Source: Spirochaetia bacterium
GTDB taxonomy: Bacteria > Spirochaetota > Spirochaetia > SZUA-6 > Bin103
Length of the DNA stretch: 64,000 bases
NCBI GenBank assembly: GCA_965203055.1
Contig: OZ241863.1
Location: 1,696,001 to 1,760,000, forward strand
Direction of reading: 5' to 3'
The position numbers and the translations under genes were made by a program. Each line of letters begins with the position of its first letter. Position 1 is the first letter of the stretch. A model generated the notes under the pieces. That model had not been told where the DNA came from. It saw only the letters and a list, made by a program, of their open reading frames with translations, and did not search any database. Below, piece after piece: positions 1 to 10,190 of this stretch.

Positions 1-793
1 GATTGCGGCGCCCGCGCGCCCGGTCAGCCGCGCGCTGAGCGGATCGGTCGAGTTCCGCGGCGTGGAGTTCGCCTACCGCGCGGGCGAGCCGGTGCTGCAG
101 GAGTTCTCACTGCGCATCGCCGCCGGCGAGATGGTGGGCCTGGTGGGCGCCTCGGGGGCCGGCAAGTCGACCGTGATCAACCTGCTGCTGCGCCTCTACG
201 ACGTCGACCGCGGCGGCATTACCCTGGACGGCATCGACGTTCGCCGCCTGGAGCCGGCCTGCCTGCGGCGCCACCTGGGAGTGGTGCTGCAAGACCCCTT
301 CCTGTTCTCCGGCACGGTGGCGGACAACATCCGCTATGCGAAGCCGGACGCCGGCGCCGCGGAAGTGGTACGGGCGGCGCGCATCGCCCAGGCCTACGAC
401 TTCGTGATGGCGTTTCCCGACGGCTTCGATACGCTGGTCGGGGAACGCGGGCAACGGCTGTCCGGCGGCGAACGCCAGCGCATCTCCATTGCCCGCGCCA
501 TCCTGCGCGATCCCCGCATTCTGATTCTGGACGAAGCCACCTCGGCCCTCGACCTGGAAACCGAGGAGCGCATCCACGCCGCGCTGGCCGCGGTCACCGC
601 CGGGCGCACCGTAATCGCCATCGCCCACCGGCTGGCGACGCTCCGCCGCGCCCGGCGGCTGGTGGTGATGGAGGCCGGCCGCATCGCGGAGTCGGGCACC
701 CACCGCCAGTTGCTGGCCGCCCGCGGCCGCTACCGCCGCATGGTGGAGGCGCAACGCGCCCTGGCCGACGCCCAGACCCTTACCCACGCCTGA
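1..793 (+). CDS. ABC exporter ATP-binding domain (MsbA/MdlB-like), 5' partial
   Basis: Walker A GASGAGKST, signature LSGGERQR, Walker B ILILDEATS; frame is open to the window edge. Confidence 0.9.
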   Translation, partial: IAAPARPVSRALSGSVEFRGVEFAYRAGEPVLQEFSLRIAAGEMVGLVGASGAGKSTVINLLLRLYDVDRGGITLDGIDVRRLEPACLRRHLGVVLQDPFLFSGTVADNIRYAKPDAGAAEVVRAARIAQAYDFVMAFPDGFDTLVGERGQRLSGGERQRISIARAILRDPRILILDEATSALDLETEERIHAALAAVTAGRTVIAIAHRLATLRRARRLVVMEAGRIAESGTHRQLLAARGRYRRMVEAQRALADAQTLTHA

Positions 794-918
794 ACCACCC
801 GCCGCCGCACCTGCGGCCCGCCGGAGCAGGAACTGTCCGTGTCGGACGGAACGCGCGCGCTTGACCGCTGCCGGGGGTGCACTATAGTGGCTCTATCCAG
901 ACCCGTAGGAGGCACAGG

Positions 919-2244
919 ATGACCCGTAACGTACGTGCAGGTACCGCGCTTGCCGCGCTGCTGCTGGCGGCGCCCCTACTTTGGGCCGGCGGCGGCGGCG
1001 AAGGAAGCGCCCCGGAGGGACCGGCCGAGGTCGTCGCCTGGTTGCGCGGCGGCGCCGGCGGCGTGGAATGGTTCGAACGCATGGCCGCCGAGTACATGCA
1101 GGCCCACCCGCAGGTTACCATGCGCATGGAGCATCAAGGCGGCAGCCACTCCGACTACGGCGCCAAGCTGCGCCTGTCGTTCCGCTCCGGCACCGGCCCC
1201 GACATCATCCACGAACCGCATGACGTCAACCTGACCTCGCTGATGTCCGCCGGCTTCACCGCACCGGCTCCCGACGACCTGGTGGCGCTGATCGAGCAGG
1301 AGACGATCGCCGAGAACGCGCTCCTGTTTCAGCACCTGGACGGTGACCCGTCCAAGCCGATCCACGCCGCCCTCATCACCTGGCAGTGCCAGCAGTACCT
1401 GTACAACCGGGACTATCTGGCCGCCGCGGGACTGCCCGAGCGCGGCGCCGCCGACCGCGACGAGTTTCGCGACTGGGCCAGGAAGCTCACGGTACGGGAT
1501 GCCGACGGCAACATGGTCCGGGCCGGGTACACCTTCAAGATGCCCAACCCCCACTGGCACATGTCGCCGTGGGTGTTCGGCGCGGGCGGCACCTATCTGA
1601 ACCCGGAGCAGACCGCCGCCGCGGTGACCACGGCGGAAGGCCGCGCCGCCTGGAAGCGCGCCATGCAGTACATCTACGACATCACCTGGGAGGATGGCTC
1701 CGGCGACTTCGGCGCCGGCAACCCGCGTGAGCTGTTCTGGAACGGCGACGTCGCCATTCACGCCGAAGGGATCTACGAAATCGCCAATCTCCACCGCAAC
1801 GCGCCCGAGCTCGATTACATCCTGGACAACATCCCCGCGGACCGCTACTCAAGCCCGGTGTGCGCAGTGGGCGGCATTGCGGTCTCCAGCAAGTCGGAGC
1901 ACCCGGAAGTGGCGTGGGATTTTCTGCGCTTCTCGCTGCAGCCGGAGCGGCACAAGACGCTGTTCGATCCGGAGAGTGAGAGCCAGTTGCCTCCCTACCG
2001 CAGCACCGCGGAGCTGGTGGCGGTGGATCACCCGGCATGGCAGACCTTCCTGCAGCAGCCCAACCGCCGCCTGCGCATGCAGGGCCTGGGCGCCAACGAG
2101 GCGTGGCAGGAGGTCGGGCGCGCGGTGGAGGCGTACCTGTCACAGAGCAAGACCCTGGATCAGAGCCTGGACGACCTGGCCGCGGCGTTCGCCAAGATCA
2201 TGGAGGATCGTCCCATTCGGGAGCTGCCGATCACCTATCAGTAG
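919..2244 (+). CDS. Carbohydrate ABC transporter solute-binding protein
   Basis: AGGAGG RBS before ATG 919; signal peptide then AGGGGE; SBP_bac_1-like features (YNRDY, EVAWDFLRF); followed by two CUT1 permeases. Confidence 0.85.
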   Translation: MTRNVRAGTALAALLLAAPLLWAGGGGEGSAPEGPAEVVAWLRGGAGGVEWFERMAAEYMQAHPQVTMRMEHQGGSHSDYGAKLRLSFRSGTGPDIIHEPHDVNLTSLMSAGFTAPAPDDLVALIEQETIAENALLFQHLDGDPSKPIHAALITWQCQQYLYNRDYLAAAGLPERGAADRDEFRDWARKLTVRDADGNMVRAGYTFKMPNPHWHMSPWVFGAGGTYLNPEQTAAAVTTAEGRAAWKRAMQYIYDITWEDGSGDFGAGNPRELFWNGDVAIHAEGIYEIANLHRNAPELDYILDNIPADRYSSPVCAVGGIAVSSKSEHPEVAWDFLRFSLQPERHKTLFDPESESQLPPYRSTAELVAVDHPAWQTFLQQPNRRLRMQGLGANEAWQEVGRAVEAYLSQSKTLDQSLDDLAAAFAKIMEDRPIRELPITYQ

Positions 2245-2330
2245 GAGCGTTTGCCGCCGGCGCCGCGCCGCGCGCGCCGGCGCGATGACGCGCGGGCCGT
2301 ACCGGCCCGCGCGTCATCCAAAGAGGTACG

Positions 2331-3254
2331 ATGAGCACACCTGTCAGGCATGACCGGAGCCGGAGCCTCAACCGGGAGTTGGTGACCACCTACGCCATCG
2401 TGCTGGTGCTGATGGCGTACTTCGCCCTGCGCCATCTCTACCCCACCCTGTTCGCATTCTTCGTCAGCTTCAGCAAGTACGACCTGCTGACCGGCGCGTT
2501 TTCCTTCGTCGGCCTCGACAACTACGTCGATGCCTTCACCGATCAGCGCTCCGTCAGGTCGATCGTCAATACCTCGATCTACGTCGTGGGCAACGTTGCC
2601 GGGGTAACCCTGCTGGGACTGGTGTTCGCCCTGCTGCTGGACCTCATGGGCACCGGTTCGGTGGTGCTGCGCACCATCTACTTCATGCCCGTAGTGGTGT
2701 CGGTGGTGGCCCTGTCGCAACTCTGGATCTGGATCTATCACCGCGATCTCGGCCTGCTCAACTGGGCGCTGTCGCTGGTCGGGATCGGCAAGGTGGGCTG
2801 GCTGGTCGACACCCGTTACGCGCTCACCTCGATCATCATCATGAACGTGTGGCGGGAGATGGGCTTCGCCCTGGTGATCTTCCTGGCCGGCCTGAAGACC
2901 ATCCCCGAGCACTTCTACGACGCCGCCCGAGTCGATGGAGCCGGCGTCTGGCAGGTGGCGCGCCGCATCACCATTCCGCTGCTGACGCCGATTACGCTGC
3001 TGGTCGTGGTGGTCAACACCATCGGGGCATTCAAGGTATTTACCCAGGTGTTCGTGATGGGGCAACAGGGGGGCACCTACTTCGGCGGACCGATGAACAG
3101 CACGCTGACCATCGTGCTCAAGATCTACGAAACCTCGTTCACCGACTTCCGCATCGGCGCCGGACAGTCGCTGGCGTTCGTACTCACTGCCATCGTAGTG
3201 TTGATCACCACCCTGCAGCGCAAGGCGTTCAAGCGCTTCGACTACGAGTATTGA
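2331..3254 (+). CDS. Carbohydrate ABC transporter permease
   Basis: Multiple TM segments, FVGLDNY and EAA loop YDAARVDGA. Confidence 0.9.
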   Translation: MSTPVRHDRSRSLNRELVTTYAIVLVLMAYFALRHLYPTLFAFFVSFSKYDLLTGAFSFVGLDNYVDAFTDQRSVRSIVNTSIYVVGNVAGVTLLGLVFALLLDLMGTGSVVLRTIYFMPVVVSVVALSQLWIWIYHRDLGLLNWALSLVGIGKVGWLVDTRYALTSIIIMNVWREMGFALVIFLAGLKTIPEHFYDAARVDGAGVWQVARRITIPLLTPITLLVVVVNTIGAFKVFTQVFVMGQQGGTYFGGPMNSTLTIVLKIYETSFTDFRIGAGQSLAFVLTAIVVLITTLQRKAFKRFDYEY

Positions 3255-3258
3255 GTCG

Positions 3259-4143
3259 ATGAGTACCGAGCTGCCGCCTGTCGACCGCAGCGTCACCCGC
3301 GCCGCGCAACGGGCCGCCGGCAGTGCCATCCTGTCTCCCTGGCGGCTGTTGCTCTACCTGGTGCTGGGGATGGTGGCGGTGATCTACATTACCCCCTTCT
3401 ACTGGATGATCGCATCGGCCATCAAGCCGCAAAGCGAGATGTTCAAGTTCCCGCCCACGCTGATCCCGCAGGCGGTCACGGCCGACAACTTCGCGCGCGT
3501 GTTCGAGGTGATTCCGCTGGCGCGGGCCTACTGGAACACCTTCTACACCTCGCTGTACATCGTGCTGTCGCAGCTCCTGTTCTGCTCGGTCGCCGGCTAC
3601 ATCTTCGAGAAGGCGCGGTTCCGCTTCCGCGAGCTGTGCTTCACGCTCATTCTGATCACCATGATCATCCCGTTTCAGTCCGAAATGGTGCCTCTGTTCC
3701 TGTTGATGAGCGACCTGGGGCTGGTGGACACCCACGCCGCCATCGTATTGCCGGCAATGATCACTCCGTTCGCGGTGTTCTTCTTCCGCCAGAACGTGAA
3801 GAGCATCCCCGACGACCTCCTGGACGCCGCCAGGATCGACGGCAGCGGCGTGCTCGGCCGCTACTGGCACGTGGTGGTGCCCAACATCAAGCCCGCCATC
3901 GGCACGATCACCATCTTCGCCTTCCTGGGGGCCTGGAACAACTTCCTGTGGCCGCTGATCATTCTCAACTCGCGCCGGAAGATGTTGATCGAGCAGGTAC
4001 TCTCGGTGTTGACCGCGGAGTTCGCCCAGGAACCGGCGGCGCGGATGGCCGCGGCGACCATGGCGGTCGTACCGATCTTGCTGGTGTTCTTCTTCTCGCA
4101 GCGCTACTTCGTGCGCGGCATTGCGCTCACCGGATTGAAGTAG
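3259..4143 (+). CDS. Carbohydrate ABC transporter permease
   Basis: EAA loop LLDAARIDG, WNNFLWPL, C-terminal QRYFVRGIALTGLK. Confidence 0.9.
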   Translation: MSTELPPVDRSVTRAAQRAAGSAILSPWRLLLYLVLGMVAVIYITPFYWMIASAIKPQSEMFKFPPTLIPQAVTADNFARVFEVIPLARAYWNTFYTSLYIVLSQLLFCSVAGYIFEKARFRFRELCFTLILITMIIPFQSEMVPLFLLMSDLGLVDTHAAIVLPAMITPFAVFFFRQNVKSIPDDLLDAARIDGSGVLGRYWHVVVPNIKPAIGTITIFAFLGAWNNFLWPLIILNSRRKMLIEQVLSVLTAEFAQEPAARMAAATMAVVPILLVFFFSQRYFVRGIALTGLK

Positions 4144-4165
4144 GCAGCCCAACCCTGCGCCGGCC

Positions 4166-4200
4166 GCAGTGGTGCTGCGCCGCGGGCGCAGCACCACTGC
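4166..4200. terminator. Perfect 16-bp hairpin between convergent ABC operons
   Basis: gcagtggtgctgcgcc-gcg-ggcgcagcaccactgc; no U-tract. Confidence 0.55.
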
Positions 4201-4223
4201 CGTTCCGGTAGCTGACGATCGGC

Positions 4224-5960
4224 CTAGTACCCCAGGCTGTTCTTGAGCTCCTGATCGATCCAGATGCGGGCGTTGATGTGGGCCGTTCCCCAGGCGCTTT
4301 CCTCGGTTTCGCCATACCAGTTCTTGACCCAGGGCCAGGTGACCCGCAACTGATACGGCGTACCCAGCGGTATCCCCGGCACCACCTCATCGATGGCCCG
4401 TACGCTGATGTCGCGCAGCATTGCCATGCGGTCCGGGCCCGCCGCGGTCTGCTTCGCCTCCAGAAAATCCTCATGGAAGTAGAACCCGAAGCGGCCGCCG
4501 ATGGTGATGAGCGGGTCGATGTTGTACTCGCCGTGCAGCCAGATATCGAAGTTGGGGGGCGATCCCTCCTCACGCCGCATGAACTCGTTGAGCGCGGCGG
4601 ACTCCATCGGCCGCATGTCTACGGTAACGCCGATCTTGCTCCACTGGTCGGCGATCTGGCTCAGCATGTCCACCCGTGTGGTATCCGCGGCGTTCACCGG
4701 AGCCACCACGGTGAAGCCGTTCGGGTAGCCCGCTTCCGCCAGCAGCCGCCGCGCCTTCTCCGGGTCATATGCGAACAACTCCTGCGCCGATTCCGGCAGC
4801 TCGTTCATCGGTACGAACGCCGCGGCGTTCTTGTCGCTCACCGGCCAACTGTGCAGGTCCGCTTCGAAGAACGTCGCCTTGGCAATCGCTTCCCGGTTGG
4901 TGCCGAGGGCCAGGGCGCGGCGCACGGCCACGTTGTCCGCGATCTCCGTCCCCGGTCGGCCGCGCGTCCGTTCCGCCATGGCGAACGACAGCGTGTGCGC
5001 CCAACTGCCCTTCACCGATTCCACCATCAGGTTCGGCGTCTTGCTCAGCGTGTCCCGGTAGTGGATCGGCACCGGCGCCAGGTAGCCTCCCATGTAGTCG
5101 ATCTTGCCGGTCCGCAAGGACGCGATGCGGGTGGATTCATCGGGAATGATCGGCAGCACGATCTCGTCGACGAACGGGATCTGATATTCGACGCCGTCGA
5201 TGGTCGTGGTATCGTAGAAGATGGGGTTCTTCTCGTAGACCATGGCCGATCCCTGGACGTACTCCTTGACCATGAACGGCCCGGTGCCGACCAGATTGTT
5301 CCAGTCGTGGGCTCCTGCCGCGACCACTTCCGGGGCATACAAATCGTTCGCCCAACCAGATCCGAGACGCCCCCGCCAGACCGCGTTGAAGTACTTGTAT
5401 TCGACCACGAACGTATGCTTGTCCTCGGCGTACATGCCGACCAGCCAATCCGGGAACTCGTTGGCTTCGAGCCAGCCCATGTTGGGCGCCGTCCAGAAGC
5501 GCATGAGGCTGAACACGATGTCCTCGGCAACGAACTCCCTCGATTCCATGACGTGTTCCTTGCCGATGGCGGCCCATTGCACGCCGGGGCGGAGCCGGAA
5601 GATCAGCTTGTTGGAGGTGATCTCCCAATCTTCGATCACCCCGGCTCGGGTAAACTCCTCCGGTACGCTGAGCGGCGAGGTAAAGGCGTGTTCGCCGCTG
5701 CCGCGCGGCCCGAACTTGTCGATGTCGGCGGTCAGCAGGTAATCCAGTACGAAGCTGGTGAACTTGGTGGTTGGCCAGCGGCCTTCGACGGTGTCCGCGG
5801 TGGGCGGATCGGTATCGGCGTAGCCCAGGGTAAGGGTGCCGCCGTACTGCGGCCCGGCGGCGGCGCCGGCCGCCGCCTCACTCGACTCGGCCTCGCCGGC
5901 GGCGTAGCCGGGCAGCCCGACCACTGCGAGCGCCAACGTCAACATGACGATTCTGTTCAT
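4224..5960 (-). CDS. Peptide/nickel-type ABC transporter solute-binding protein (family 5)
   Basis: GGAGG RBS before MNRIVMLTLALAVV signal; PQYGGTL, VGTGPFMV, YDPEKARRLLAEAGYPNGF motifs. Confidence 0.9.
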   Translation of the reverse strand: MNRIVMLTLALAVVGLPGYAAGEAESSEAAAGAAAGPQYGGTLTLGYADTDPPTADTVEGRWPTTKFTSFVLDYLLTADIDKFGPRGSGEHAFTSPLSVPEEFTRAGVIEDWEITSNKLIFRLRPGVQWAAIGKEHVMESREFVAEDIVFSLMRFWTAPNMGWLEANEFPDWLVGMYAEDKHTFVVEYKYFNAVWRGRLGSGWANDLYAPEVVAAGAHDWNNLVGTGPFMVKEYVQGSAMVYEKNPIFYDTTTIDGVEYQIPFVDEIVLPIIPDESTRIASLRTGKIDYMGGYLAPVPIHYRDTLSKTPNLMVESVKGSWAHTLSFAMAERTRGRPGTEIADNVAVRRALALGTNREAIAKATFFEADLHSWPVSDKNAAAFVPMNELPESAQELFAYDPEKARRLLAEAGYPNGFTVVAPVNAADTTRVDMLSQIADQWSKIGVTVDMRPMESAALNEFMRREEGSPPNFDIWLHGEYNIDPLITIGGRFGFYFHEDFLEAKQTAAGPDRMAMLRDISVRAIDEVVPGIPLGTPYQLRVTWPWVKNWYGETEESAWGTAHINARIWIDQELKNSLGY

Positions 5961-6013
5961 CTGCAATATCCTCCAAGACAGATGACGTGATGCGATGAGG
6001 AACTGGTGTTCCT

Positions 6014-7003
6014 CTACAGGTCGACTCCGCGCGCGGCGCCGGTGACGCCGCCGCCGGTCGATCCGCGAGCCTTCTTCCTGCCCTGCGCGCCGTGCGCGCG
6101 ATAGCTGCCGGCGCCCCCGCGCAGCCGGGGATCGAGCAAGTCCCGCACCGCGTCGCCGAACATGTTTACGCCGTATACGACGATGCTCAAGGCCAAGCCC
6201 GGCCAGATGACCATCCACGGCGCGTTGAACATGAACCGGCGGCCGCTGCCGCTCAACATGCCGCCCCAACTCGGCGCCGGGGCGGGGATGCCGAAGCCGA
6301 GGAAGCTGAGCGACGCTTCGCCCAGGATCACGCCCGGCACCGCCAGCGAAAAGCTGATGATGATCGGCGCCATGATGTTCGGCAAGACGTGGCGCAGCAG
6401 CATGCGCCGAGTCGAGCTGCCGACGGCCAGCGAAGCCTCCAGGTAGGCGTTCTCCTTGATGTTGATCACCACGCTGCGCGAGAAGCGCGAGCCGCCAATC
6501 CCGCCCGACACTCCCATCACGATGATGAGACCGAGCAGCCCGGGACCGACGATGGCCATCACCACCATGAGAATGGGAAGGTACGGCAGACACATCCAGC
6601 CGTCGACGAAGCGCTGCACCAGCAGGTCGAACTTGCCGCCCAGATAGCCGCACAGTACGCCGATGGCGGTGGCGATCAGGGTGCTGACCGCGGTCGCCGA
6701 AATCCCGACCACCATCGAAATGCGGGCGCCGTAGATGACGCGGCTGAGCACGTCGCGGCCCAGATTGTCGGTGCCCAGCCAGAACTGGCGCGACGGCGGC
6801 TCCAGGAACTCGCCTGCTTCGGTCTCGTTGAATCCATAGGGCGCCAGCAGGTCGGCGAACACGCCGGTCAGGAGCAACAGCAGCGTTATGACCGCGCCTA
6901 CCGTGCCGAGCGGCTTCTCCGTTATCAGCCGGCGGAGAAAGCGCGTCCGCCTGGAGCTGCCGCCCGCCGCGCCGCTCTCCGGCGCCCGGCCCGGCGCGCT
7001 CAC
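6014..7003 (-). CDS. Peptide ABC transporter permease (DppC/OppC-like)
   Basis: LGTDNLGRDVLSRVIYGARIS, HVLPN, EASLSFLGFG. Confidence 0.9.
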   Translation of the reverse strand: MSAPGRAPESGAAGGSSRRTRFLRRLITEKPLGTVGAVITLLLLLTGVFADLLAPYGFNETEAGEFLEPPSRQFWLGTDNLGRDVLSRVIYGARISMVVGISATAVSTLIATAIGVLCGYLGGKFDLLVQRFVDGWMCLPYLPILMVVMAIVGPGLLGLIIVMGVSGGIGGSRFSRSVVINIKENAYLEASLAVGSSTRRMLLRHVLPNIMAPIIISFSLAVPGVILGEASLSFLGFGIPAPAPSWGGMLSGSGRRFMFNAPWMVIWPGLALSIVVYGVNMFGDAVRDLLDPRLRGGAGSYRAHGAQGRKKARGSTGGGVTGAARGVDL

Positions 7004-7995
7004 AATCGGACCCTCGGGTTCAGTATGCCGTAGGTGAGGTCGATGACCAGATTGATGAGCACCATCCCGACGCCGAACATGAGCATGATGCCGCTCACCA
7101 CGGTGTAATCGCGGTTGAGGGTTGCGTCCACCAGCAGGCGGCCCATTCCGGGCAGGCTGAAGATCTGCTCGATGATGACGGCGCCGCCGATCATGACGGG
7201 CAGCGTATACCCGATCAGGGTGATCACCGGGATGAAGGCGTTCTTGAGGGCGTGGCGCAGGACCACCGCGCGCTCCCGGAGTCCCTTGGCCCAGGCGGTT
7301 CGCACGTAGTCCTGGCGCAGCACCTCCAGCATCATGGTGCGCGTCATGCGCATGGTTCCTCCGGTCATGGCCAGACCCAGGACAATCGCCGGAATGATGA
7401 ACATCTTGAGGTTTTCGAGGACGTCATCGGTCAATCTTGTGAACATGATGGGCGGTGAGTAGCCCCACCACAATGACGGGAACACCACGATCATCGTACC
7501 GAGCCAGAAGCTCGGCACGGCCATGCACAGGATGGCGAAGCTGCGCACCAGATAGTCGCTGACGGTATCCTGCCGCAACGCCGAATAGACGCCGATCGGC
7601 AGGGAGATCAGGTTCGCTATGACGAACGCGATCAACCCGAGCTCCAGGGTAACCGGCCACCTGACGGCTATGTCCCGCAGCACCGGAGTATGGCGCCGGA
7701 ACGAGGTTCCGAAGTCGCCTTGCAACAGGCCGCTCAAGGCGCCGTCCGCTTGCGGATAGACGCCGATCCAGCGTCCATACTGGGCAAAGATCGGGACGTC
7801 GAGCCCATACTGCTTCAGCAGCTCATCTCTGGCCTGTTCGAGCGACTCGCGGGAGACGCCGATCTCCTCCATCTGGGCAATTTCAGCGTCCACGATGTCG
7901 CCCGGCATGAACCGGATCACGGCGAATATCACGAAGCTGACGATGAACAGCGTCGGCACGGTGAGCAGCAGTCTGCGGTAGAGGTAGGCGCGCAT
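7000..7995 (-). CDS. Peptide ABC transporter permease (DppB/OppB-like)
   Basis: PGD, GDFGTS, QDYVRTAWAKGL, HALKNA; 4-bp overlap with the next gene. Confidence 0.9.
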   Translation of the reverse strand: MRAYLYRRLLLTVPTLFIVSFVIFAVIRFMPGDIVDAEIAQMEEIGVSRESLEQARDELLKQYGLDVPIFAQYGRWIGVYPQADGALSGLLQGDFGTSFRRHTPVLRDIAVRWPVTLELGLIAFVIANLISLPIGVYSALRQDTVSDYLVRSFAILCMAVPSFWLGTMIVVFPSLWWGYSPPIMFTRLTDDVLENLKMFIIPAIVLGLAMTGGTMRMTRTMMLEVLRQDYVRTAWAKGLRERAVVLRHALKNAFIPVITLIGYTLPVMIGGAVIIEQIFSLPGMGRLLVDATLNRDYTVVSGIMLMFGVGMVLINLVIDLTYGILNPRVRL

Positions 7996-8013
7996 GCGGT
8001 GACCCGGCGCGGA

Positions 8014-9429
8014 TCAGTCGTAGACTGCCCGCACCCAGAGCTGGTCTTCGGTGATCGGCAGCAGGGTACGGGGATTCTGGACCCGGCCGGGCGGGCGGCA
8101 GTTGGCGCCGCGGATGCCGGTGCGGGCGTCGCCCAGGTCGTCGCGGCAGGCGTCGGCGCGGTCGCGCAACTCGCGCACTACCTGCGGGTGGCGCTCGAAC
8201 TGGTTCATCGTCTCGCCGACGTCCGCGTCGAGGTCGTAGAGCTCGTCCTTGTCCAGATGCAACTTCCAGCGCCCCGCGCGGACCGCGTCGAGGCAGTGAT
8301 TGCCGGTGCCGTAGTAGAAGAACTGCTCGTGCGGGCTGGCGGCGCCCGGCCGGCCGGTCAGCAGCGCTCCGATGTCGGCCCCGTCGATGATCCGGTCCTG
8401 CGGCGCGGCGGCGCCGGCCAGGCGCGCGAGGGTGGGCAGCAGGTCGAGGGTCGAACACAGCTCGTCGCAGACCGCCCCCGCCGGTACCAGGCCGGGCGCC
8501 CAGGCGATGAACGGCTCGCGCATCCCGCCTTCCCAGGTGGTGCCCTTGCCGCCGCGCAACGGCCGGTTGCTGCCCACGCCGCCGCGGCTCAGGCGCGCGG
8601 CGTCCACCCCCGCCGGCGTGCGCGGTACCCCGGCGCCGTTGTCGGAGGTAAACAGCACCACGGTGTCGCGCTCCAGCCCCAGGTCGCGCAGCGTGTCGAG
8701 AATGGCGCCGGTGGTGAAGTCCAGATGGGCGACCGCCGCGCCGTAGGGACCGTTGCGCGATCCGTGGTGGTACTTGATCGGGGTGTAGATCGGCACGTGC
8801 ACGTACAGGTGCGCCAGGTAGAGGAAGAACGGCCGGTCGCGGTGGTCGTGGATGAAGCGCAGCGCGTCGACCAGATAGCGGTCGGTGAGGGACACCTGAT
8901 TGGGGTCTGCCTCCACCACCCGGTCGCGGCGCATCAGCATCAGCGGCGGATAGGGCTTGCGTCCGGGAGCGCGCAGGTCGGGCAGCATGTCGTTGCTGTA
9001 GGGCAGCCCGAAGTAGTCATCGAAGCCGTGGCGATCAGGCAGGAACTCCGGCTGGTCGCCGAGGTGCCACTTGCCGACCGCCTTGGTGGCGTAGCCCTGC
9101 TGCCGCAGCAGCGCGGCGATGGTCACCTCTTCGGTGGACAGCCCGAGCGGGTCGCCGGGCAGCAGCACCGGAAAGTCGACGCCGCTGTCCAGCCCGGTCC
9201 GCTTGGGGTAGCAGCCGGTGAGCAACCCGGCGCGCGACGGCGAGCACACCGCTGACGGCACGTAGCAGTTGGTGAAGCGGGTGCCCTCGGCCGCCATCCG
9301 GTCGAGTCGCGGCGTGTCATGGACGGTCGCCCCGTAGCAGCCGAGGTCGCCGTAGCCCAGGTCGTCGCAGAGGATCACCACGAAGTTCGGGGTGCGCGGC
9401 GGAACGGCGGCGGGTTGCTGCTGCGGCAT
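8014..9429 (-). CDS. Cys-type (formylglycine) sulfatase
   Basis: PNFVVILCDDLGYGD, CSPSRAGLLTG, GKWHLG, FTSDNG. Confidence 0.92.
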   Translation of the reverse strand: MPQQQPAAVPPRTPNFVVILCDDLGYGDLGCYGATVHDTPRLDRMAAEGTRFTNCYVPSAVCSPSRAGLLTGCYPKRTGLDSGVDFPVLLPGDPLGLSTEEVTIAALLRQQGYATKAVGKWHLGDQPEFLPDRHGFDDYFGLPYSNDMLPDLRAPGRKPYPPLMLMRRDRVVEADPNQVSLTDRYLVDALRFIHDHRDRPFFLYLAHLYVHVPIYTPIKYHHGSRNGPYGAAVAHLDFTTGAILDTLRDLGLERDTVVLFTSDNGAGVPRTPAGVDAARLSRGGVGSNRPLRGGKGTTWEGGMREPFIAWAPGLVPAGAVCDELCSTLDLLPTLARLAGAAAPQDRIIDGADIGALLTGRPGAASPHEQFFYYGTGNHCLDAVRAGRWKLHLDKDELYDLDADVGETMNQFERHPQVVRELRDRADACRDDLGDARTGIRGANCRPPGRVQNPRTLLPITEDQLWVRAVYD

Positions 9430-9452
9430 GCGGGAGCCTCCTGCGGCTTGGG

Positions 9453-10016
9453 TCAGTCGTCGTGCGTGAACAGCGCGCTTGACGGCAGGCGGAGCGCTGC
9501 GACGGTGGCGGAAACGATCGGTTCGCCGCGGCGCACCACCCGCTGTCGGGCATAGCCGTCAGGCTGCGGCACGGAGTAGATGGTGACCTCGCGGGCGGCC
9601 ACGTCCACCAGCCACGCTTCCGGTATTCCGGCCTGCGCGTAACGCGGCATCTTCTCGGCCCGGTCGTAGAGGAGCGAGGAATCGGCCACCTCGACGACCA
9701 GCAGAATCTCCCCGGCCTGCGGGTGATGCCGCTGGTAGTAGTCGTCCCGGCGCCGCAGGACCGCCAGATCGGGCTCCGGTTCGGTGTATCGGTTCAGACG
9801 AACCGGGCCTTGCGTCCTGACCTGCGCCGCGCCCGCGAGGCGGGCGAAGAGCAGTTCGGCCAGCCGGTCCACGATGCCGGCGTGGGGTGGTCCGATGGGA
9901 CTCATCTCGCGTATCTCACCGGCGATCAGCTCCACCCGGTCATCAGCGGTGAGGATGCCGGCCTCTCCCATCCGGGCATAGTCGTCAACGTTGAACCGAT
10001 GTCGCTGGATCTCCAT
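9453..10016 (-). CDS. Uma2-family PD-(D/E)XK endonuclease
   Basis: RVELIAGEIREMSPIG, EPEPDL, LVVEVADSSL, YAQAGIPEAWLVD. Confidence 0.9.
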   Translation of the reverse strand: MEIQRHRFNVDDYARMGEAGILTADDRVELIAGEIREMSPIGPPHAGIVDRLAELLFARLAGAAQVRTQGPVRLNRYTEPEPDLAVLRRRDDYYQRHHPQAGEILLVVEVADSSLLYDRAEKMPRYAQAGIPEAWLVDVAAREVTIYSVPQPDGYARQRVVRRGEPIVSATVAALRLPSSALFTHDD

Positions 10017-10190
10017 GGCGATGCCGCCGCTCCCGGCCGGTCGACGGGCCGACCGTACCACACGCCCCGGCGGGCCGCAACGCGGCACGTTGCGCGGGTG
10101 CCGCCAAGCCAGTGTCTTGCTGACCGTTGATCGCCCGATCGCGGGTGGCCGTTTGGCCGCGGAATGGTAGAATGGGCGCCGGGAGGAGCC

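Noticed and set aside
5961..6653. N-terminal extension making the 809-aa ORF
   Set aside because: It overlaps the permease in another frame; RBS and signal peptide place the real start at 5960.
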